A stretch of DNA of 63,175 bases, the filler included, from Octopus bimaculoides (lineage: Eukaryota), in the NCBI RefSeq assembly GCF_001194135.2. It is 6 parts of 6 records of this genome, joined end to end, with 100 filler letters (N's around TTAATTAATTAA, not from the genome) between each part and the next. Parts side by side here need not be neighbours in the genome. Positions count along the whole stretch, not along the records: positions 29,109 to 49,589 come from NC_069002.1; positions 49,690 to 53,534 come from NC_068999.1; 4 more parts are not named here. One strand, 5' to 3'. The position numbers were made by a program, and so were the translations under genes. The notes beneath the pieces were generated by a model that saw nothing but the letters and a program-made list of their open reading frames with translations, made no database searches and was not told where the DNA came from. This document shows, in pieces, positions 38,785-51,430 of this stretch; the first letter of the stretch is position 1, and each line of letters begins with the position of its first letter.

Positions 38785-39500
38785 TGTCATTATGTGCGAG
38801 ATGTTTTCGTTGTGGGTTGTTCAGGCTTAAATACTTGGATATCGGTTCCACAAGCCTTTTCGTTCCAGCAGGTCACATGACCTTGTGATTAGCCGAACTT
38901 GTTGTTCATATTGGTCGGTTTCCAGCCGTCCAATCGTGTTGGCGCAACAGTTGGCGTTTTTCTTTATGCGGGAAATTAATCACCAACTTTGGGAAGCCTC
39001 CTGATCTTTATAAAAACGACAGTTCTCGACTTCTCTAGGCCTTTGGCACACGCCTTTGACCACACGTAACTCGTCTCTGACAACGATGTATCTGACACCA
39101 ACCGGTCTACGCTTTCACCTCTACCAGACGCCTGCCTACAGTGTTGCTGTTAAACACCACACGACCAACAGAGCAACGGTTGCCTCTACACACCATCAAA
39201 CAGTACGTCAACTTTGTCTACAAATCAACAGTCCAGCCTAATCACGAAGTCTCTCACACATATTTGTTGTAACCTGTTATATTAATTTATTTCATGTGTG
39301 GCGATCATTGTATTTTACAACGGAGAATAAATCGTCGCTTACCACTTCATTTTCATTTCACATCGTATATCATTTTCATATTTCCTTATTTACTCATCTT
39401 TGTTATAGACCCAAGTCAATTTCATCACTGCTTTTATCTTTCGTATTCTTGTTCATCACGAGGGTTATAAATCACTCGTAATTGATAAAAGATTAACGAG
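38785..39500 (+). mobile_element. Possible solo-LTR-like insertion nested in the hAT element
   Basis: Composition shift with more CpG, start at TGTCA, TATA-like TTTATAAAA at ~39007 and AATAAA at ~39326. Right boundary and TSD not resolved. Confidence 0.3.
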
Positions 39501-40425
39501 ATAGTAAGGAAGCACTTGTCACTTATGTATAAAACATGCCATTGACTGGCATCAGAGGCGGCAAACCGATGATGTTGGATGGTACGTACGATACACATAT
39601 TGAACACGTTCTATATCAAGTAGCTACCAATTAGCTATAAACTGCCTCGTTATAAAATGTCGCAAAATATACTTTGATATAAAATAGTCCAATAGTAATG
39701 TAATGTATTTATTGTTACATTGTTCACTTACATACGCTGCAAACTTATTTTTACATAAAGCGAAAAAATTTGGAAAAATACCAAATTATTGTAGCGTACT
39801 ACCAAAAGTACTACCGCATACCAAAAGTACCAAATTTGGTACAATAGTACCAGGTTCGGCAAGCTTGACCATCATCTGGAGACGCAATCGCCGATTCACA
39901 AGCACTCGTGGTCGGGCTTGCAGATTTCTTTTTAAAAAACAAATCAAGAGTTGTTTGCTGAGAAGAAGCTTTCTTACGCTCTCTNNNNNNNNNNNNNNNN
40001 NNNNNNNNNNNNNNNNNNNNNNNNNNNNNNNNNNNNNNNNNNNNNNNNNNNNNNNNNNNNNNNNNNNNNNNNNNNNNNNNNNNNNNNNNNNNNNNNNNNN
40101 NNNNNNNNNNNNNNNNNNNNNNNNNNNNNNNNNNNNNNNNNNNNNNNNNNNNNNNNNNNNNNNNNNNNNNNNNNNNNNNNNNNNNNNNNNNNNNNNNNNN
40201 NNNNNNNNNNNNNNNNNNNNNNNNNNNNNNNNNNNNNNNNNNNNNNNNNNNNNNNNNNNNNNNNNNNNNNNNNNNNNNNNNNNNNNNNNNNNNNNNNNNN
40301 NNNNNNNNNNNNNNNNNNNNNNNNNNNNNNNNNNNNNNNNNNNNNNNNNNNNNNNNNNNNNNNNNNNNNNNNNNNNNNNNNNNNNNNNNNNNNNNNNNNN
40401 NNNNNNNNNNNNNNNNNNNNNNNNA

Positions 40426-40479
<54 letters not shown>

Positions 40480-40480
40480 A

Positions 40481-40975
40481 TATATACCAAACATAAATTG
40501 AAAACAGAACACAAAAGATATCACGTTACACGTGTTTCAAGCTTTATAAACTATCTGTTATTACATCACCATAGGTATATATTGATATAAAAGATGGTTT
40601 AAAGCTCTCTTCAGCTGCAAACATTGTTAGTCCAAAGATTACATCACAAAAGAAAAAGTACACGTAGTATTACCGATTATAATAGGTTTATCACATCCCT
40701 TTGTAAAGGTATATTTGTATAAAGATTCGTTGGATTTCAAAAATCTGCCCATACTGTACCACTATTCAGCATAGAGTAAATGCTAAATAGATTGGATTGA
40801 GTTTATATTTAACTAGCGTGTATAAGATAGAAAGAAAAGATAAAAGGTAAAAATAAAGTAAAAAATAAGATAACAGTAATAGAAGTAAAAACAAGAGAAA
40901 TAAAAGTAAAAATAAGTAAAAACACATGTACCGCGATATCCTTTGTGTTCTGTTTTCAATTTATGTTTGATATAT
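40481..40975. mobile_element. ~495 bp MITE-like element with ~56 bp inverted arms
   Basis: 40481-40537 versus reverse complement of 40920-40975 (caaacataaattgaaaacagaacacaaa.gatatc.cg.tac.tgtgttt); ends lie in TA. Confidence 0.75.
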
Positions 40976-42389
40976 TCTCTCACCTCTGCCACTCTCCGGC
41001 ATATACAGGTGCTTACACTTATCAAGTATTCCCTCTAAANNNNNNNNNNNNNNNNNNNNNNNNNNNNNNNNNNNNNNNNNNNNNNNNNNNNNNNNNNNNN
41101 NNNNNNNNNNNNNNNNNNNNNNNNNNNNNNNNNNNNNNNNNNNNNNNNNNNNNNNNNNNNNNNNNNNNNNNNNNNNNNNNNNNNNNNNNNNNNNNNNNNN
41201 NNNNNNNNNNNNNNNNNNNNNNNNNNNNNNNNNNNNNNNNNNNNNNNNNNNNNNNNNNNNNNNNNNNNNNNNNNNNNNNNNNNNNNNNNNNNNNNNNNNN
41301 NNNNNNNNNNNNNNNNNNNNNNNNNNNNNNNNNNNNNNNNNNNNNNNNNNNNNNNNNNNNNNNNNNNNNNNNNNNNNNNNNNNNNNNNNNNNNNNNNNNN
41401 NNNNNNNNNNNNNNNNNNNNNNNNNNNNNNNNNNNNNNNNNNNNNNNNNNNNNNNNNNNNNNNNNNNNNNNNNNNNNNNNNNNNNNNNNNNNNNNNNNNN
41501 NNNNNNNNNNNNNNNNNNNNNNNNNNNNNNNNNNNNNNNNNNNNNNNNNNNNNNNNNNNNNNNNNNNNNNNNNNNNNNNNNNNNNNNNNNNNNNNNNNNN
41601 NNNNNNNNNNNNNNNNNNNNNNNNNNNNNNNNNNNNNNNNNNNNNNNNNNNNNNNNNNNNNNNNNNNNNNNNNNNNNNNNNNNNNNNNNNNNNNNNNNNN
41701 NNNNNNNNNNNNNNNNNNNNNNNNNNNNNNNNNNNNNNNNNNNNNNNNNNNNNNNNNNNNNNNNNNNNNNNNNNNNNNNNNNNNNNNNNNNNNNNNNNNN
41801 NNNNNNNNNNNNNNNNNNNNNNNNNNNNNNNNNNNNNNNNNNNNNNNNNNNNNNNNNNNNNNNNNNNNNNNNNNNNNNNNNNNNNGTGGCTAGTGTTATT
41901 GATTCTGAATCAAAATTTGAATTAACTTACTATTAAGGAAAGACAGTTTTTTTTTTCTGGAGACGAGAAGACATCCGCAAAGGTTTCTTTCTACCCCAAT
42001 AAGCATCATTAGCACAGCATTGTCCAAATATACAAATCACCGTTTATTTACTTAGTTTTGCGCGTGAAGGATCTGCCTTCATGGATTACGTTCTCAATGT
42101 TTTATTGTTATTGTTGTTTGTTTTGTCTGTTCGTTATTTGCCATCTATGTATCATACTCAACGCATATACACCGTTGAGGGGCATAATGCTGTGGATTTT
42201 TGTTTGAGAGAACACTGTTTTCAAAGATGTGCTGCGTTAAAAACAATACATATCGGACAAAAATCGCCCCGTCAGTGATTTATAAGAAAGCCAGGTTCAT
42301 TTCGTCCTCCTTGGGCCTTGGCAATGGCGTGTACTCGCTACTCACAAGTCGATATGAAATATATCCCCTCTAACACAGACACACACACA

Positions 42390-42439
<50 letters not shown>

Positions 42440-43311
42440 NNNNNNNNNNNNNNNNNNNNNNNNNNNNNNNNNNNNNNNNNNNNNNNNNNNNNNNNNNNNN
42501 NNNNNNNNNNNNNNNNNNNNNNNNNNNNNNNNNNNNNNNNNNNNNNNNNNNNNNNNNNNNNNNNNNNNNNNNNNNNNNNNNNNNNNNNNNNNNNNNNNNN
42601 NNNNNNNNNNNNNNNNNNNNNNNNNNNNNNNNNNNNNNNNNNNNNNNNNNNNNNNNNNNNNNNNNNNNNNNNNNNNNNNNNNNNNNNNNNNNNNNNNNNN
42701 NNNNNNNNNNNNNNNNNNNNNNNNNNNNNNNNNNNNNNNNNNNNNNNNNNNNNNNNNNNNNNNNNNNNNNNNNNNNNNNNNNNNNNNNNNNNNNNNNNNN
42801 NNNNNNNNNNNNNNNNNNNNNNNNNNNNNNNNNNNNNNNNNNNNNNNNNNNNNNNNNNNNNNNNNNNNNNNNNNNNNNNNNNNNNNNNNNNNNNNNNNNN
42901 NNNNNNNNNNNNNNNNNNNNNNNNNNNNNNNNNNNNNNNNNNNNNNNNNNNNNNNNNNNNNNNNNNNNNNNNNNNNNNNNNNNNNNNNNNNNNNNNNNNN
43001 NNNNNNNNNNNNNNNNNNNNNNNNNNNNNNNNNNNNNNNNNNNNNNNNNNNNNNNNNNNNNNNNNNNNNNNNNNNNNNNNNNNNNNNNNNNNNNNNNNNN
43101 NNNNNNNNNNNNNNNNNNNNNNNNNNNNNNNNNNNNNNNNNNNNNNNNNNNNNNNNNNNNNNNNNNNNNNNNNNNNNNNNNNNNNNNNNNNNNNNNNNNN
43201 NNNNNNNNNNNNNNNNNNNNNNNNNNNNNNNNNNNNNNNNNNNNNNNNNNNNNNNNNNNNNNNNNNNNNNNNNNNNNNNNNNNNNNNNNNNNNNNNNNNN
43301 NNNNNNNNNNN

Positions 43312-43348
<37 letters not shown>

Positions 43349-43588
43349 TATATATATTATATATATATAAATGCTTATACATATATATATATATGCATAT
43401 ATATATTATATATATATAAATGCTTATACATATATATATATATTATATATATTTTTTATATACATATACATATATATGTACTTATATAAACACACATACG
43501 TAGATATATATATTATATATATATATGTATATATATGTATGTATGTATATATATAATATATAATATATATATATAATATGAACGTGTA

Positions 43589-43643
<55 letters not shown>

Positions 43644-43748
43644 TGCACATAAGTACATAACTATATACGTACGTACATACATACATACATGCATATATGT
43701 AAATTGTATACATACACGCATACACACACACATTCACACATATATAAA

Positions 43749-43784
<36 letters not shown>

Positions 43785-44343
43785 TTGTAAAACTGTCTGC
43801 CGCAGCAACAGTAACATGCGGCTTTTAAACAATTAGTTTCGAATTTATAGCGATAAATAATTGAATGGAAATCTATTTGGGATTTTTCTAATAGCATTTT
43901 CGGTTTTACTTAAATGGCACCACAGGGAATTAATTTCATTAAAATTGTCCATTTCTCACCAAGTTCGTTGGTTGCAGCAAACGACATGGGCGCAATGCGA
44001 GATTTAAGATTAAAAACGAAACTATTTCTCTCTAAACAACCAATGAAATAACCAGGAAAATAAAGGATACGTATCGAACACGTAATTGAATAAATGCAAT
44101 ACTTTAGTACTTCACCTGAAATATAGTTATATCGAATCCATTTTATAAAAGCGGTAAATAAATTGGATCCATAATGTATGGACGTCACTAGCGAGCGAGT
44201 TTGGTTTGGTTATTTTGTGCGAAGTCTTACGCTAATTGTTCTTGGAGTGTGTGCAGTCAAGAGCGGACATAGAGATCTTGTCGAATCTCACCCGTTGACT
44301 TAGCGGAACATAAAGAATGTGACAATCGGCGGTAGAAGGGAGG

Positions 44344-44420
<77 letters not shown>

Positions 44421-45409
44421 GAGACAGAGAGACAGAGAGACAGACACAGAGAGACAGCTGCAACAGCACTTCGGCTGTTACTCATTATAGTTGAGTATAC
44501 TGGAACAACGTGAAATGAATTGCCTTACTCAAGGACTCAACACAGCACCTAGTCCAGAAATTGACCCCATGACACTATGGTTGTGAGTCGATCATCGTAA
44601 CCACTAGGTCATGGGCAACCTTCTTCAGGAATCGGACTGCATGAGATATGACTCACCATCAGGCGAGTCGCACAACTAAAAATAGGAAGTCCAGCGGGCG
44701 GTAATTTTTCCAAGACTGCTGTAGTCCAAAGTTTAAGCAAACCCTTTTTTTAGGGGCAGATCGGGTGGAAAATGTTGCAACGTTCCACGTATTAACGAAA
44801 CTGTGATCACCCAAAGCTACAAAAACAGGGAATTCAACTGGAAATTAAAGGTCTGCCGAACATAAAATGACCGTACAGTGTTGTTAAGAGTCAAATATTA
44901 TAATCGCAAAGGCTATTTTGAGAGAAAAATCAACCAGCCACCGATTTTTTACTTCAAGAATAAATACTACAGCAAAAACAAAATATTGCTATTTAAGGGC
45001 AAACAAATATAAAATTTTCTGCACGTCAGACTTCAGAAAGCGTTCAAATTTAAAAGAAAAAAATATTTCCGTTTCAGCTAAAAACGCTGGTTTCAATGAT
45101 TTAGAAAAACAAGAAAGAAATTTCCAGAATGGAAAAGAAAAAAATCATTGTTTCTATTTTTTTTAAAATTATACTCTCGCAAAAGACGTTTAATTATATT
45201 TTTGTTTGTTTTGTTTTGGATTTCTCCCTTGTTTAGAATAGAGGGCAGCTAATATCTTCCGGTGTGTTTGTTTAAGATAACGGATGTCTTCTTTCTTGTC
45301 TTCAACTTGCTGGCTTCCTTCCCTTTGTTTCAGCTCAGTTTTGCCATTTTTTTAAAACGCGACCGTTGCAAAATGTTAATACTACATAATGCTACATCCA
45401 TTGCCACAA

Positions 45410-45780
45410 CTATTACCACCATGCCACCACCATCACCACCACCACCACCACCGCCACCACCACCACCACCACCATCACCCTCACCACCATAATCCCCCAC
45501 CACAGCCAACACCACCGCCGCCGCTGCCACCACCAATTGCACCACCATTATCACAATCACCACAACTACCACAACTACAACCGTCACCATCGTCACCACC
45601 ACTGTAATTGCCGCCACCAACACTTCCCCACCACCATAATCATCAACACCAACCACCTCCGTATCACCCCCATCATCACCAACATCACCATCACCATCAC
45701 CAATACACAACCACCACCAACCATCATTACTAACACATCTACCACTACAACGACTACTACCACTGTAACCACAATCACCA
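45410..45780. repeat. Degenerate (ACC/ATC)n tract
   Basis: Direct inspection. Similar tracts at 5630-5735, 61866-62100 and 62335-62438. Confidence 0.9.
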
Positions 45781-45953
45781 TCCTTCGCACAGAATCAGCA
45801 TAGGCCATGGATTACCTAGGGTTAAATAACAACAACAACAACAAGGAGTGACACATAAAAGGGTCATAGATGTATTGTTAGGGAAACATGCGCACACCTG
45901 TCTGTCTGTGTATGTATATATGTATGTAATAATATAAATAATATACATATATA

Positions 45954-46124
45954 GGCGCAGGAGTGGCTGTGTGGTAAGTAGCTTGCTTACCAACCACATG
46001 GTTCCGGGTTCATTCCCACTGCGTGGCACCTTGGGCAAGTGTCTTCTACTATAGCCTCGGGCCGACCAAAGCCTTGTGAGTGGATTTGGTAGACGGAAAC
46101 TGAAAGAAGCCCGTCGTATATACG

Positions 46125-46157
<33 letters not shown>

Positions 46158-46370
46158 ATGTTTGTGTCTGTGTTTGTCCCCCAACATCACTTGACAATCG
46201 ATGCTGGTGTGTTTACGTCCGCGTAACTTAGCGGTTCGGCAAAAGAGATCGATAGAATAAGTACTAGGCTTCCAAAGAATAGATCCTGGGGTCGATTTGC
46301 TCGACTAAAAGGCGGTGCTCCAGCATGGCCGCAGTCAAATGACTGAAACAAGTAAAAGAGTAAAAGAGTA
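45954..46370 (+). mobile_element. tRNA-derived SINE family A (octopus OK/OR-type), full copy
   Basis: Head ggcgcaggagtggctgtgtggtaag...ggttccgggttca.tccc with A/B-box-like motifs, internal TA/TG microsatellite and gtaaaaga tail. Many copies in the window. Confidence 0.85.
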
Positions 46371-46436
46371 ATATATGCATATATACATACATATGTATAC
46401 ATATATATACATATATGCATATATGTATATACGTAC

Positions 46437-46467
<31 letters not shown>

Positions 46468-46959
46468 TATGCATACATATATTTATACATGTATGCATAT
46501 ATGGGTACAAGACGTCGCAAAGCGTAAACAACATGAAATACGAAAACAAGGTTGGGTACACAAACAACGAGATAAACAAATGGAAAACAAGACAAGTAAC
46601 ATAAAGAACGACCCTTCATCAGTTGTCGTCTGTTCCATCTCCTCCTCATTTCGAGCATTGAACGACAATATGAGACTTCGAAAGGCAGTTGTTCCTGAGA
46701 ACCAAAATAGAATTTGGGATTTGCGGAGGGTCAAAGTTGGTAACAAAAACAGGACTGTGGAGAGATACAAGGAGACCGAAGGAAAACAAACATGGAGGGT
46801 CGTTTGACCAGACGAGCTACAGTAGCGAACGGAGGAGAAATATTGTCTTTGACAAGAGAGAAGATAGAAGAGGAGAGAGATAAGAATACGTTGTAGTCTG
46901 CACGACAGCACTGAAGGAAATGAAAGATGATCACGTGCGGAAAAGAAAGATGGACGATG

Positions 46960-47420
46960 GTCACGTCAGGTCACTTGTGAGGTCTCTCACGAATGCTACG
47001 GGTAACATGGAATCTAGTACAACCTGTTGAATGGTCGGGTCGTCAGCAACTAAAGTGGTGCCTTCACTAGTCTTACCTAGTGTCGAGGGTTGCAGGACTA
47101 AAAGATAAGTCTTGTCAAAAGGACGGATGGCTAGGTTGAATGACTCTCTGGCAATAGCACGGGCCCTCAGAAATTCCAGGTTGGCGTCCGATGTGCTGGA
47201 AGACCACTGGGAGCGAGGTACCTGATAGCTTTTGCTAAAGTATGTCCTTAGGAGAAGGTCACTCTGATTTAAAACAGGAAATGCAAGGAATGTCATTGGG
47301 TATTTTTGGAGTCCCTTTTGCTTGAGCTTGTGATGATGGTGCTCCCAGATTCTTGAATTTGAGACCCATATTGGCACTGGACATCTTTCCCTTGCTTGTC
47401 TCTGGATCATGTCAACAAGG
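46960..47420 (-). mobile_element. Decayed CR1-like LINE fragment
   Basis: TLVADDPTIQQVVLDSMLPVA around the RT (F)ADD motif. A homologous copy lies at 28240-28330 (+): SLVANDPTMQQVVLGYMLPVA. Confidence 0.45.
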
Positions 47421-48135
47421 TGGAGGGGTCTATGAGGTATCGTTCAAGCATTTTGGACCTAAAAAGTTTGCACAGGCATTGCTTTGACAGCGATGGTCAT
47501 ACTCGTGTACGAGTTGACAGGCATCAAATAAATATGTATTTACATAAGCGGCCAATGGCATAATTTTGAACAACAACACGAAAAAAAAAGAAAAAGGCAA
47601 TCTGAATAATTTTCGCTTCGAGAGAAGATAAACAAGTACCAAGTGGCGAGTGTTATTGATTCTGAATCAAAATTTGAATTAACTTACTATTAAGGAAAGA
47701 CAGTCTTTTTTTTTCTGGAGACGAGAAGACATCCGCAAAGGTTTCTTTCTACCCCAATAAGCATCATTAGCACAGCATTGTCCTATATTGATTGGAGCCA
47801 GACATAAATAGAAAACATATTCGAAAAGAGTAGAGGATATTTATATCTAGAATAATTGGCACGAAAAACGGTATATTAAATAATAGTGGTTTCAAATTTT
47901 GGCACAAGGCCAGTAATTTCGAGGAAGGGGTAAATGGATTATATCGACCCCAGTGCGTAACTGGTACTTATTTTATCGACCCCGAAGGGATGAAAGGCAA
48001 AGTTGACCTCGGCGGAATTTGAACTCAGAACGTAAAGTCGGACGAAATGTCGATAAGCATTTGGTCTGGCGGGGTAATGATTCTTCCAGCCTGTCGCCTT
48101 TAAATAATAATAAATAATATTAAAAATGAATTCTT

Positions 48136-48207
<72 letters not shown>

Positions 48208-48700
48208 AAGAGGAGGAAAGAGGCAGATGGATAGACATATGCATATATTATAATTTTTCAAAACAGGTTTCTCAATCCCGTCTCAAAATGTTGAAACAAC
48301 CCAAATATCTGTCGCCAGACATGAATCGAAATCCTAACGCCTGACTAAATTAATGGCCTAAAACAACTTTATATCTCAATATCTGAAAGTGCTCTATATA
48401 ATAAATATTCATTATATTGAGTACTTAGCAGTGTCACATGCATTCGGCTCAATTCTATATACGCATGTATGTATGTGTGTATGTATTTGTGTGTGTGTGT
48501 GTGTGTGTGTATGCATTACTTTGACCCTTTGTCTGAGGTGATGAGCATGGTTGACGTTAATACGTTGTAAAATTACAAATTCATTTACGATAACAATCAT
48601 TTTAACATCATTATTCAAGAAACGTATATTCCATGTATAGTATCGAAACAAGCGTAACTATAGAATTAAATGTAATACCATAAACTCCAGTCTTCGACTT

Positions 48701-48765
<65 letters not shown>

Positions 48766-49060
48766 GTGTGTATATATATATATCTTCATATATGTGTGTG
48801 TGTGTGTGTGTTTGTGTGTAAGTATATTTACACAGAGATACAGACAGTCACGGAGGTGGGGTACTAGAGACAATTTCAGCGTAATATATACCCGAGTTCT
48901 CTCTCTTTCCCATACGGACCATATTGGCTTTACCTATCCCGCTGGCTCTTTATCGTATTTCCTTCTGCTTTAATTATCCCAAATAGTCTCTACACAGAGA
49001 TCAACAAAGTGACACAGAATTACATAATCACTCTGTAACGTCTTCCTCTCTCTCTCTTTC

Positions 49061-49119
<59 letters not shown>

Positions 49120-49241
49120 GTCTATTTGTCTGTCTGTCTGTCTATCTGTCTGTCTGTCTATCAATTTACTTGTCCATAAATATTATTCGTATTTATATGT
49201 ATACGTGTATGTATGTGTGCATATATATATATATACATATG

Positions 49242-49280
<39 letters not shown>

Positions 49281-50105
49281 ATCATGGACGGACGGTAGAC
49301 ACATCGGCTCCCATGTAAGTTGCATTTTTCACCTCTTAAAAGACCTATTTTGTTTTAAAATTTTGTATAAGTTGTGTATAACACAAAATACTTCGTGAAC
49401 ATATATTTTTCAAATCGGAAATAGCTCTATTTAGAGCCTTATTTCCAAAAATTCAAACATATCTTCCTCGTTCCTAGCCATATTCTTTAAAACGAATATG
49501 GCTAAGGTTTTCAACGAGGCCGACTTCCCGCTCCTAATGCCAGAGGCGAAAACACTTAATGCCGTTCCGCATGAACGCAGACAAGTGATNNNNNNNNNNN
49601 NNNNNNNNNNNNNNNNNNNNNNNNNNNNNNNNNTTAATTAATTAANNNNNNNNNNNNNNNNNNNNNNNNNNNNNNNNNNNNNNNNNNNNATATATATATA
49701 TATATACACTTCATTCTTGTATCTGGTTTGCAAGATTCTTTATGTGAATTCGTGTGTTGAAACAAGTTTTGCTGTGTCTAGAGGGAGTCATTATGCCAAT
49801 ATTATTAACAGACGCATTGGTTCAATTCCACTCCTTTATTATTGGTCCATTGGTTAAACATCCTACTAACTAATCGATTGTTTGTTTAGTTTAGTTAAAT
49901 TGTCATTTGTTTGTTTTTGCTTGTCAAAGCTCTTTCGTTGCTACTTGCAACCTTTTCACTGACTTTTGACTTTTGACCGTTACAAACAAAAACAAAACAA
50001 ATGACTTTCTGTTTAACCAAATTAAATAATCGATTAGTTAGCTATTTAACTAACTGGCTGATAATAAATGAGGAGTGGAACTGAACCAATGCGTGTGTTA
50101 ATAAT

Positions 50106-50317
50106 CTTTTCTACTCTAGGCACAAGACCCGAAATTTTGTGGGGAGGAGGCCAGTCGATTAGAGCGATCCCAGTACGCAACCGGTACTTAATATATCGGC
50201 CCCGAAAGGATGAAAGGCAAAGTCGACCTCAGCGGAATTTGAACTTAGAACGTAAAGACAGACGAAATACCGCTAAGCATTTCGCCCTGCGCGCTAACGT
50301 TTCTGCCAGCTCGCCGC
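50106..50317 (-). mobile_element. SINE family B copy
   Basis: Reverse complement of family B. Further copies or fragments at ~6797-6980, 11518-11815, 17448-17565, 21535-21712, 23090-23238, 24085-24170, 33553-33830, 47890-48100, 53055-53365, 58917-59110 and 62450-62830. Confidence 0.85.
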
Positions 50318-50564
50318 GTTGCAAAAATAGTTTTTGAAAATAACGCATTTGGCCAAATTTGGACATACAACAGTTTAACATAACAGCAACGATATGATTT
50401 CGTATATTGGTTTATGTGGAACGAATGAGAAAGGACTGCTCAATTTATATTATAGAGGACGTGATTTTTTTTATTGAAACTAAAACTGAGAATTTGTCTC
50501 GGAGACAAACACCATTGCGATGTTAAATACGAAAAGTCCCTGGCTTTGAGTAAAAGAAAATATA

Positions 50565-50735
50565 GGAGAATCAATTAATTAGGATTTTATTCAACATATT
50601 CTCCTCTCAGATTCACACATTTATTGCAGCAGTCCTTCAGTTTTTTCTAATCCCTGTAAAAGAACTAGGAAAGTTGGACCTTCCACCAAACCTTTTCCGA
50701 TACCCTGAAAGCCAGGAACCTTTCAGCAATCCCCT
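50565..50735 (-). mobile_element. C-terminal fragment of a second mariner family
   Basis: GLEKLKDCCNKCVNLRGEYVE* matches the mariner C-terminal KL..RW.KC....G.YVE motif. Confidence 0.7.
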
Positions 50736-50744
50736 TGTATATAA

Positions 50745-51430
50745 TGATTGGGAACAAAAGCTCGTACCGTTTTTCAGCTAAAATTCAATACCTGTACAAA
50801 CCTTTATTCAACCACAAATGTTTCAGTTTGTTCCACTACATCTCGTCATCTTTGGGGCAGCTTCATAATCTCATGCTCCCAAAGCTTGCCATTTTTCTGA
50901 GTCATGAACTGGTCTAAATGGTTTTTACAATTTTCCAAAGAATTGAATTCCTTCCCATTTAAACAATTTTCCAGGGATCGAAATAGTTTAAATAAATGTA
51001 CAAGGTCATGCGAGTATGGTGGGTGTGGTAGGACATCCCAGTCAAGCTGTGTCTACAAGGAAACATGTAGTCTAGCGTTGTCCTGAACGATTGACCAATT
51101 CTGAACTTCTTTCATCGATTGCTTCCTTTAATCGATCTAATTGGGGACAATAATTGTCTGAATTCAACGTCTGATTTTTGCGGAAGGAGCTCGTAGAACA
51201 CAATATCCTTCCAATCACGCCAGATACAGAACATCACCTTCTTCGGATACTAATCGGCTTTTGGAGAGATTAAGGTGGTTCATTTCGTTTTCTCCAATAA
51301 CTTTTTCACTCCACATTGATCGTCCTTTCCACAAATAAGTCACCTTTGTCGTGTTTGAACTGAGAATCGTAGATGGAAATGCGCTCCATTATTTTTTTTA
51401 ATTATGAGGCACTCAAACGTCATAGTGATC
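50745..51430 (-). mobile_element. Mariner transposase relic with 3' terminal region
   Basis: VPH motif, KKVMFCIWRDWKDIVFYELLP and QLDWDVLPHPPYSHDL; C-terminus ending ...VVE*. Multiple frameshifts. Confidence 0.85.

Larger units (their letters stand above)
36636..39867 (-). mobile_element. Full-length decayed hAT DNA transposon (ZNF862/hATC-like transposase)
   Basis: Imperfect TIRs CAGACTTGCCA (36636) and CGGCAAGCTTG (ending 39867; 8/11 match). 8-bp TSD cccatcat / accatcat. Clustered GTACCA(AA) subterminal motifs at both ends. Confidence 0.85.

Noticed and set aside
45330-45808. His/Pro/Thr-rich ORFs resembling structural or His-rich beak proteins
   Set aside because: Degenerate (ACC)n tract open in several frames on both strands; no signal peptide or exon boundaries. 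The same applies to 5578-5793 and 61814-62463.
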